In this document: positions 22,946 to 31,160 of the stretch, in pieces
Layout of the letters: every line of letters starts with the position of its first letter
Numbering within the stretch: position 1 is the first letter of the stretch
Assembly (NCBI GenBank): GCA_963674945.2
Contig: CAXXWQ010000004.1
Location: 2,944,001-3,008,000, forward strand
Origin: an uncultured Desulfosarcina sp.
GTDB lineage: Bacteria; Desulfobacterota; Desulfobacteria; Desulfobacterales; Desulfosarcinaceae
Reading direction: 5' to 3'
Length of the DNA: 64,000 nucleotides
Made by a program: the position numbers and the translations under genes
The notes under the pieces: model-generated
The model's input: only the letters and a program-made list of their open reading frames with translations
What the model was told of the DNA's origin: nothing
The model's database searches: none

Positions 22946-23062
22946 ATGGATAATCATCACATAAGCCAATCATTTTCATCCCTTTCAGCACCTCTCATAT
23001 CCGATGCTTGTCTGCGTATAGAAACATCTCTCAGAGTAGCCCCGGCAGGGATCTCTCCTCTG
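22946..23062 (+). pseudogene. 5' fragment of a probable RraA-family protein (cassette 3, truncated)
   Basis: MDNHHISQSFSSLSAPLISDACLR...APAGISPL resembles RraA/HMG-aldolase N-termini; similarity is lost after about 39 codons. Confidence 0.5.
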
Positions 23063-23185
23063 AGGAAAATAAAGTCACCCAAACGTATCCTGAACATCGA
23101 TTTAACCCCCTACTTTCATAGGCACTACGCTGAATTTCATTCAGTCTGTATACAGCTGATATGTTGTCGTTTTCCCGTTTTTGTG

Positions 23186-23469
23186 TAACTACGGCTGTCT
23201 TAATCATGGACAATGCCTCATGGCATAAGCGTAAATCTACCAAATGGCATAGCTGGCAGCCGAAGTATTTGCCACCATATTCACCGAACTTAAATCCGAC
23301 TGAACGCATCTGGAATATCATGAAAGCCCGTTGGTTTAATAACCATGCATGCAAAAATGAAGAAAAACTATTAGAACGTTTGAACCATAATGTTCTACAT
23401 GTAATTGACAATCCGAAAGATACACAAAAAACTACCACTATCGGAACGTTATTTTGACAAACGCTCTAA
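23186..23469 (+). mobile_element. IS630-family transposase 3' remnant
   Basis: LIMDNASWHK and YLPPYSPNLNPTERIW DDE_3 motifs; stop at 23457; 5' part missing. Confidence 0.85.
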
Positions 23470-23579
23470 CATCTCTTTTTCCTCAAGCCATTGAAGATCC
23501 TACCGATAATATGAGTAAACGATCCATCATTTATCCTCTCAACAAGGGACAACAGCATAAATAGGAAAAGGAGTGAGGA

Positions 23580-23941
23580 GTGAAAACGGCATACAGACTT
23601 CCTGTCTTTTTTGTAATCGTCATAGTAACAGCTTTGTTCTCAGGATGTTTCGGCCCGGATATGGACACCCCGATGAAGGCGTCGACTCTCGATGAATACT
23701 GCGACAGCATGTTAAAGATCGGAAAGGCGCTGAGCCCCGAAGACCAACAACGGTTTTATGAGGCCCTGGACAAAGTGGCCATCGGTCCGGAATTAAGATG
23801 GGATTCATCCAATTTTCTTCCAACCCGAAAGAACTGCTAGAAAAAATGAAGACGCTTTCCCGAAAATGTGACGGTAAATCGCCAAATTTGATCATCCAGA
23901 TGGCCGAACTAATGGAGGAAGAGAGCCTCGAAACGGAATAA
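23580..23941 (+). pseudogene. Small lipoprotein, probably frameshifted
   Basis: Lipobox LFSGC; the ORF stops at 23840, but an overlapping frame (NPKELLEKMK..CDGKSPNLIIQMAE) continues to TAA 23941. Confidence 0.55.
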
Positions 23942-24420
23942 AAACTTGAATCGTGAAGAAGAGAAGTTTTCACAATTTAAGGTTTGACCCCAAAAATCAT
24001 CGCACCTTATAAAGGGTCCGGGGTGCAATCCATTTTTCGGGTAATCAACAGGGGTCTTTTCCAAATTTACGAACAGGACCATTTCGCCAATCCTGGTTTT
24101 CCTCCCTAAGATCCAAGGCTACCGAACGACACCGTTGGATGTTCATTGAAGCAGGATTCCAAAAAGTGTATTGATGAACTGCCTTTACACACTGACCGGC
24201 GTGTCGATCAGATTCCATATCGTTTCCGTGAAGTGGTGCCACCACCGATTGGCCCCCCCATGGTGATGGAACGAAATCGATGATGGTTGCCGATACTTTC
24301 TTTATACCGAAATTTCGCTTTCGAACAGTAGAACAAGCCCGGCAATTGACGAACCGGTCCCTACAGGATATCAATAGATGTTTTTGAGATGCATTACCTC
24401 ACAGCATTCGGATTGTCGAT

Positions 24421-26727
24421 ATGGCGAAACGGTCAAAGAAGCGCGAGAAGAAGCGGCGGATTGCCTGGAAAATGTTGTTTTTCCTCGTTATATTTTTCGG
24501 TTTGCTGATAGCGGCGGGCTATGTTGCCTATCTCGATTTCACCGTTCGGACGCGGTTCGAGGGCAAGCGGTTTGCATTGCCGGCGCGTGTATATGCCCGG
24601 CCGCAGGAGCTCTATCCCGGCCTGAAGTTGCGCAAGACGGAGCTTTTGGCTGAGCTGAGTCTGCTCGGCTATCGGCAGACGAGCCGGCTTAGCGAACCGG
24701 GGAGCTACCATTGGCGTGGTCAGGTCGTGGACCTGGTGACACGACAGTTCGATTTTGGAAATGACCGTCAAGAATCGATGGCGCTGCGTGTGGTTTTTGA
24801 TAGCAGTGGTGTTACGGCACTGCAGCGGCGGGCCGATGGCACCCGACTCGACCTGGTCCGCCTGGATCCGGCCTTGATCGGGGGCATCTACCCGGGGAAA
24901 AATGAAGACCGTGTGTTGGTTGGATTGAAGGATGTGCCCCGGCATGTCATCGATGCCCTGATCGCCGTCGAGGACAATCGTTTTTACAGCCACCACGGTA
25001 TCGATCCACGCGGTATCGCCCGGGCCGTTTTCACCATCGTCAGCGGCGGGGGGCTGCAGGGCGGCAGCACCCTGACCCAGCAACTGGTCAAAAATTTCTA
25101 CCTGACCGCCGAGCGGACCTTGAAGCGCAAGTCCATCGAAATGGTGATGGCGGTGCTGCTGGAGATCCATTACAGCAAGGAGGAGATTCTCGAAACCTAT
25201 ATCAACGAAGTCTATCTGGCGCAGGACGGAAACCGTGCCATTCACGGCTTCGGTCTGGCCTGTTCTTATTTTTTCGATAAACCGCTGGAGAAGATCAGCC
25301 TTTCCGAAACCGCCCTTCTGGTTGGTCTTCTCAAGGGGCCGGCCTACTACAACCCCCGCCGCCATCCGAAACGCGCAATGGAGCGACGCAATCTGGTGCT
25401 GGCCGAGATGGCCGAAAGCGGTTATATCACCAAAGACCAGCAGATGGCGGCCCGGACCGCACCTCTGGGCGTCATCGATCGGCCGCCCCGGGGCACTTCG
25501 CCCTACCCGGCCTTTCTCGACCTTGTTCTCCGTCAGTTGCGGCGGGATTATCGTGAAGAAGACCTGCGCTCGGAAGGCCTGCGGATCATTACCACACTCG
25601 ATCCCCGGGTGCAGGGTATCGCCGAGAAATCCTTGACCGGCGGCCTGTCCAAGCTGGAAAAAAGCAGGGGCGGCAGAACCACCGGTCTGCAAGGCGCCAT
25701 CGTGGTGACGAGCGTCCACGATGCAGAGGTTCAGGCTTTGGTCGGCGATCGAAATCCCCGATTCAAAGGCTTTGACCGGGCTCTCGACGCCCATCGGCCT
25801 ATCGGCTCCCTGATCAAACCGATTGTCTACCTCACCGCACTCCAGGACCCGCGGCACTACACGCTGGCGACGCTGTTGGATGACAGCCCCCTGGTGCTGA
25901 AACAACAGGGATCCGAGGATTGGAAGCCGCAAAATTACGACAGGCAATCACACGGCATGGTAACGCTTCGCACCGCGCTGGCAAACTCCTACAACCTGTC
26001 CACCGTGCGACTGGGCCTTGACATTGGCGTCGCTCCGGTAATGGAGAACCTGCATCGCCTGGGAATGGACCGTGAGCTGTCAGCTTATGCCGCGAGTCTG
26101 CTCGGCGCCAACACCCTGTCGCCGATGGAAGTTACCCAGGTCTACCAGACCATTGCCGCCAGTGGTTTCCGAACGCCGTTAAAAGCGATCCGGGAAGTAT
26201 TGACCGCCGATGGCAAGCCGCTACAGCGTTATCCATTGGAGGTCGAACAGGTGATCGACCCGGCCTCGCTCTACCTGCTCACCGTGGCACTCCAGGATGT
26301 GGTGCGCGAGGGGACGGCACGCAGACTGGCCGCCCGCCTTCCTTCCGATATACAAGCGGCGGGAAAGACCGGCACCACAAATGAACTCCGCGACAGTTGG
26401 TTCGCGGGATTTACCGGCGATCGTCTGGCCGTGGTATGGGTCGGCCGCGACGACAACCAGCCGACAGGCCTGACCGGTTCCACCGGTGCCATGTCCGTCT
26501 GGGGCGATATGATGACGGAACTCGATCCAGAACCGCTCATACTGCCGGAACCGGATGGTATCGAACGGGCCTGGATCGATCCCGCATCAGGCCTGCTCAG
26601 CGGCAGCGATTGCCCCAACGCCGTCGAACTGCCCTTCATTGCAGGCTCTGCTCCCATCGATTCCGCCGATTGCGGTCCTCCCCCGGGCAAATCTATTAAA
26701 AACTGGTTCAAGAGGTTGTTTCGATGA
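24421..26727 (+). CDS. mrcB: Penicillin-binding protein 1B (transglycosylase/transpeptidase with UB2H-like region)
   Basis: N-terminal TM; PARVYARP; TG motifs EDNRFYSHHG, GGSTLTQQLVKN, RK..E; TP motifs SLIK, SYN, KTG. Confidence 0.92.
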   Translation: MAKRSKKREKKRRIAWKMLFFLVIFFGLLIAAGYVAYLDFTVRTRFEGKRFALPARVYARPQELYPGLKLRKTELLAELSLLGYRQTSRLSEPGSYHWRGQVVDLVTRQFDFGNDRQESMALRVVFDSSGVTALQRRADGTRLDLVRLDPALIGGIYPGKNEDRVLVGLKDVPRHVIDALIAVEDNRFYSHHGIDPRGIARAVFTIVSGGGLQGGSTLTQQLVKNFYLTAERTLKRKSIEMVMAVLLEIHYSKEEILETYINEVYLAQDGNRAIHGFGLACSYFFDKPLEKISLSETALLVGLLKGPAYYNPRRHPKRAMERRNLVLAEMAESGYITKDQQMAARTAPLGVIDRPPRGTSPYPAFLDLVLRQLRRDYREEDLRSEGLRIITTLDPRVQGIAEKSLTGGLSKLEKSRGGRTTGLQGAIVVTSVHDAEVQALVGDRNPRFKGFDRALDAHRPIGSLIKPIVYLTALQDPRHYTLATLLDDSPLVLKQQGSEDWKPQNYDRQSHGMVTLRTALANSYNLSTVRLGLDIGVAPVMENLHRLGMDRELSAYAASLLGANTLSPMEVTQVYQTIAASGFRTPLKAIREVLTADGKPLQRYPLEVEQVIDPASLYLLTVALQDVVREGTARRLAARLPSDIQAAGKTGTTNELRDSWFAGFTGDRLAVVWVGRDDNQPTGLTGSTGAMSVWGDMMTELDPEPLILPEPDGIERAWIDPASGLLSGSDCPNAVELPFIAGSAPIDSADCGPPPGKSIKNWFKRLFR

Positions 26728-27155
26728 AAATGATCACCCGCCGGATATTCATTTTGATCGCCGCGCTAATTCTCGGCGGCTGCGCTGGTTCACGACAGAC
26801 CGGCGCGCCTCCGATGCAGCCGTCACAGCCGTCAGACAACACGGCGGTGATCGCTTTGCTGAACAAGGCGGGCAATCAATCCGCCGCGGGCCAAATGGAT
26901 GAGGCCAGTGAAAACCTGGAACGCGCGTTGCGCATGGAGCCGCGCAATCCCGTGCTGTGGCACGAACTGGCACGAATCCGGCTGGAACAGTGCCAATACC
27001 GGCAGGCCGAAAACATGGCGGCCAAATCCAACATGCTGACGGGGATCAACCAGTCTCTGAAGGCGAAAAACTGGCGTATCATCGGCGAGGCCCGCAGCCG
27101 GCTTGGCGATCTGCAAGGCGCGCAGGAGGCCTTCGAAAGGGCAGAACAGCCCTGA
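26724..27155 (+). CDS. TPR lipoprotein, LpoP-like PBP1B activator
   Basis: Lipobox LGGC; TPR LERALRMEPRNPVLWHELARIRL; overlaps the mrcB stop by 4 bp. Confidence 0.75.
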   Translation: MKMITRRIFILIAALILGGCAGSRQTGAPPMQPSQPSDNTAVIALLNKAGNQSAAGQMDEASENLERALRMEPRNPVLWHELARIRLEQCQYRQAENMAAKSNMLTGINQSLKAKNWRIIGEARSRLGDLQGAQEAFERAEQP

Positions 27156-27254
27156 CCACCGGCAGTTGGCGGAATCGCGCCGCAAAGCCGGAGTGTAATT
27201 GCCGATGCGCGTCTCATAACGGGCTGCGAGATGCGATGCCATGGAGCGGGCAGG

Positions 27255-27473
27255 TATGTGTTGAATCCTTACTGGCACCTTGGTCCTATTGGTGTTCTGC
27301 CATCTCACAGGGGAAGAGGGGTTGGTACTGAACTGATGCAGCGTTTTTGCAAAAAAGTGGATAATTGTGCGGCAAAGGCATACCTGGAAACAGATCTGGA
27401 TGAAAATGTCCGTTTTTATGAAAAGTTAGATTTTCCGGAAATTTGGCCTGATCCAGCGGGCAGTTCACTTTGA
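27255..27473 (+). pseudogene. GNAT acetyltransferase internal fragment
   Basis: YWHLGPIGVLPSHRGRGVG motif A and AYLET..N.RFYEK; no plausible N-terminus. Confidence 0.7.
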
Positions 27474-27510
27474 AGGGCGGCCAGAGAGTCTCTCCTGAGA
27501 GGTCTTCTAT

Positions 27511-28728
27511 ATGAAGAGACGTAAGGTGAAGGACAACCGGGCTGAAGCAGGCGCAACACTCGATCGCGTGGAAGTACCTGCGCGGAATGTCGCATTCGAC
27601 TATTTACGAACATTTACAGTTGTTCTCGTGCTGTGCCACCACGCGATTCTCGCCTACACCAAATACGCTTTCATCAATCTTGAGAACCCGTTCGCAAATT
27701 CCAATCCGGTCGTAAACGAGCAGCGATGGATCGGATTTGATCTGATTGTGGCATTCAACGAGACGTTTTTCATGCCGTTGCTTTTCTTTGTCTCCGGGAT
27801 GTTTGTCTGGCAGAGTCTGGCAAGAAAGGGTGCCCGAAAATACCTTGGAGATCGTCTGACAAGGCTCGGCCTTCCCTTTGTCATCGGTGTTTTGTTCCTG
27901 ATTCCCCTGGCCTACTACCCTGCCCAGCTCCAAATAGAGCAGATTACAGGAGCGGACGCCGGCTATGGAATCTTCTGGCTCAAAATGGTCCGGTCCGGCT
28001 TCGGGACCGCCGGTCCCCTCTGGTTCATATGGCTGCTGCTGGCATTCAACGGCCTGGCAACCCTTTTGTATCGGGCCGCCCCTTTCCATGGAGATTTCAT
28101 CAGAAAGCGATTGACGATCATCATTGATCGCCCCGTAGGGTTTTTTGGAGCTCTGCTTGGAATTTCAATCGCCGTGTATCTGCCTGTTGCTGTCCTTATC
28201 GGACCGGAGCTGTGGATTGGAATTGGGCCCTTTCATGCACAGGCTATCCGAATGTTGCTCTATCGTGTGTACTTCCTTGCGGGTACGGCCGTCGGGACAT
28301 ATGGTTTGGACCACAGCATGTTCAGATCCGAGGGCGCCCTCGCCAAGCGTTGGTGGGTGTGGTTGGTTGTGGGTCTGATCTCTTTCATCGTGTTTATCAT
28401 CATGCTCGTCGTTGTATCTGATATGGAGCGAACCATTGTCAGTGAAACTGCTTTCGTGATCTGCTGCGGGGCCACCGTATTCGGGATGATTGGGCTCTTT
28501 CTTCGGTTTGCAAAACGGCGCGTAGGTATCTTCGACAGCCTGAGCGAAAACTCCTACGGGATCTATATTGTTCACTGGTTGTTTGTAACCTGGCTTCAGT
28601 ACTTGCTGTTGGGACGCACCCTTGCTCCCGGCGTGAAGGCGATGGTGGTGTTCCTGGGCACATTGGTTCTCAGTTGGGGAGCGGTTGCCGCTATTCGATG
28701 TATACCGGTTGTAAGGAAAGTCATATAA
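27511..28728 (+). CDS. Acyltransferase family 3 (OpgC/MdoC-like) membrane protein
   Basis: FDYLR..LVLCHH, FFMPLLFFVSG, R..RL..P, LWFI, SYGIYIVH; about ten TM segments. Confidence 0.88.
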   Translation: MKRRKVKDNRAEAGATLDRVEVPARNVAFDYLRTFTVVLVLCHHAILAYTKYAFINLENPFANSNPVVNEQRWIGFDLIVAFNETFFMPLLFFVSGMFVWQSLARKGARKYLGDRLTRLGLPFVIGVLFLIPLAYYPAQLQIEQITGADAGYGIFWLKMVRSGFGTAGPLWFIWLLLAFNGLATLLYRAAPFHGDFIRKRLTIIIDRPVGFFGALLGISIAVYLPVAVLIGPELWIGIGPFHAQAIRMLLYRVYFLAGTAVGTYGLDHSMFRSEGALAKRWWVWLVVGLISFIVFIIMLVVVSDMERTIVSETAFVICCGATVFGMIGLFLRFAKRRVGIFDSLSENSYGIYIVHWLFVTWLQYLLLGRTLAPGVKAMVVFLGTLVLSWGAVAAIRCIPVVRKVI

Positions 28729-28796
28729 CTTTAGATCCAAGGCGTTGCAGAGATCGGGACATAGACCGATTCATTGTGACTTTTTAGAGGCCGTGC

Positions 28797-28925
28797 ATGA
28801 ACAGATACTGTGATTTACACCTTCATTTGGGAAGAAGCATTTCTCAGAAGCTGGTGAGACAGTTTGCCCAATCGGACCATGACCAGTACGCCCTTGATGC
28901 GCTGGGAACCGATAATACACTGAAT
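28797..28925 (+). pseudogene. Possible adenosine-deaminase/amidohydrolase N-terminal fragment
   Basis: MNRYCDLHLHLGRSIS metal-binding HxH motif; the rest of the 101-aa ORF looks non-coding. Confidence 0.4.
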
Positions 28926-29209
28926 TTTTCAACGAGTTTTCAGTCGGAGAAGGACCTTTTTGTCAACGCGTTTTCCTATAATCCGGCCAACGGATGGAAT
29001 TACAGGTTTGGACAATCACACAGCATCGAAGGGGGACAAGGCCGTCTTGACACCCGATACGCTTGTGGTTACATACGTCAACGTATGAATTGGGGACATT
29101 GATTGCGCTGGCCCTGTGTTGACTGATAAAGAATTGCTCCATTCGGTTTTTCCGGAAAACAACGGCGGCGGACGCATTTTACGGGCTTGTTGGGGGCCAA
29201 GAGGGTGGC

Positions 29210-30184
29210 ATGGGCGTGTACAGATTGATTTTGGCCGCATTGGTGGCCATCTCTCATACCGGTATTGATTTTTTCGGTTATAATCCCGGAGTGGTCGCGG
29301 TAATTTCCTTTTATCTGCTAAGCGGATATGTGATGACCATTTTAATTGACAAGTATTACAAGGATTCGTTTGCTATCTCCGCCTTCTATTTAGATCGGGC
29401 TGCAAGGCTTTTTCCACAGTTCCTCTTTTACATGCTTCTTGCATCAGGATGCATCTATTTTTTTAAAATTGAATCTCCATTCACATATCAACTCAATTTT
29501 TTTAAGTGGGTGCTGAATTTTTTCATACTTCCACAAGGGTTTTTTATGTATTGGGCGGATGGGGCTCTGGTGATACCGCAATCCTGGTCGCTCGGATTGG
29601 AAATGACCTTCTACCTGGTCATTCCATGGATATTGATGTATTGCCCAGCGCGATGGATTTATGGTTTGTCGGGCATTTCGTTTATCATTTTTTTGATGGC
29701 CTACTTCGGCAAGGTTAATTCTGACTACTTTGGCTATCGGCTTCTTCCGGGAACACTCTTTATGTTCCTCGTTGGATCCTCATTCTATAAAAATAATAAC
29801 GACGCCAAAAAATTCAGAGCGATTGTTTTTTTGTCGGTCGTGGCTCTTTTACTGTTCGCATTTCTTAAAAATACGCTTTATCAACTTCGCTATAACAAAG
29901 AAGTATTGGTAGGATTGATACTTGGCATTATTTGTGTGAATATTCTGAAAGAGAGTACTTTTTCTAAAATCGACGAATTTTTCGGAAACCTTAGTTATGG
30001 CGTATTCCTGAATCATTTTATTGTCATTTGGATAATGCAAAAATTTTTCGCAGTAAAATGTTTCAATACGGCCAATGTGGCAATCCTTTTGTTTGCCTCG
30101 TGTGCGCTTGCTTTTGGCTCCTTCCTTTTTGTTGAACGCCCTGCTTTAAAGTGGAGGCGCAGGATACGGTATGGCGTCAATTAG
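29210..30184 (+). CDS. Acyltransferase family 3 (OafA-like), AT-rich
   Basis: YRLILAALVAISH, FYLLSGY, R..RLFP, WSLGLEMTFY, GNLSYGVFLNH. Confidence 0.88.
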   Translation: MGVYRLILAALVAISHTGIDFFGYNPGVVAVISFYLLSGYVMTILIDKYYKDSFAISAFYLDRAARLFPQFLFYMLLASGCIYFFKIESPFTYQLNFFKWVLNFFILPQGFFMYWADGALVIPQSWSLGLEMTFYLVIPWILMYCPARWIYGLSGISFIIFLMAYFGKVNSDYFGYRLLPGTLFMFLVGSSFYKNNNDAKKFRAIVFLSVVALLLFAFLKNTLYQLRYNKEVLVGLILGIICVNILKESTFSKIDEFFGNLSYGVFLNHFIVIWIMQKFFAVKCFNTANVAILLFASCALAFGSFLFVERPALKWRRRIRYGVN

Positions 30185-30422
30185 AAACCATGATCATCTT
30201 TTTGTACCGGCTGAAAAAGCGGACGCTGCGCTATCGGCACTTAACGAGTTCAACAGGTAATATCAAAAACCATGTTAGCTGTTGTATATGGTTTAAACGA
30301 TGCCCTGCTTCTCATGCGGTGCACCACCAGGAAAACGATGGCATCGATATTGCTGTTATTCAGAACGAGTTTGCTTGGCATTTACCTCCATTTCGTTCAG
30401 GCACCTCACACTCACCTCCTTC

Positions 30423-30470
30423 GGCCCCGGAGCGATGCGATACACACATTGCTCCGGGGCCTACTTTTTG
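30423..30470 (+). terminator. GC-rich hairpin with U-tract (intrinsic terminator-like)
   Basis: ggccccggagcgatg-loop-cattgctccggggcc followed by tactttttg. Confidence 0.6.
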
Positions 30471-30661
30471 TCGTCTTGGTTTTGTTAAAAGAAGGCATTG
30501 AGTTAACGTTACATAACGCTACCGCTCTTTGGTAACGGGAACCACGATGGCAATGTCCTTCCCCGCCTTTCATCAGGCATCCCTACACTCCCACTATCTG
30601 CAGTCCCTGGCGGCTGCGGGCGATATTGACGATCATTTTCTCCCCATGCTACAGCAGATGA

Positions 30662-31160
30662 ATGAAAATGGTAAAGACACGGCGCGCCGATGGACCGGAT
30701 TTTTCGTCCATTTTCTGGAACACGTCGACTCTTTGGCGGGAGGCCAATGCCAGTTTGTCGGCCGCCATCCAGGAAAACCTGCCGGCAATGGACGAATTAT
30801 ACCAGCTCGCCGGCGGTATTCGAGAGGCCCTTGTTTCTCTTTTTCCCGTGATGGACGATCTGTGCCGGCGCACATGCCCCTCCTGTAATGATATCTGTTC
30901 TGAAAACACTCAATGAAGTGAAATGGATGCGACGCAAACTGGAAGACGATTTCATTTTTGCCGTGAGCGGATCTAATTTGAAGACCGACGGCCAAAGCCG
31001 CCGTCGGTCTTCGTCGTACCGGAACCGTTGGAGAGGAAGAAAGAGGGATCTGTGGACTTGTGTGATCAATCACATCCATCAAAGGTCATCCCAGCGCGGG
31101 CCGTCCCCGGTCAGGCGGCCTTCCCGGGAACCAACTCTATCACCTTGCCCTTGCAGTTGA
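30662..31160 (+). pseudogene. Fragmented hypothetical Cys-cluster protein
   Basis: ORF 30662-30916 ends just after LCRRTCPSCNDIC; overlapping ORF 30888-31160 may be the C-terminal remnant. Confidence 0.35.

Noticed and set aside
24045..24374. 109-aa minus-strand ORF
   Set aside because: No recognisable motif or RBS; overlaps the likely mrcB promoter region.
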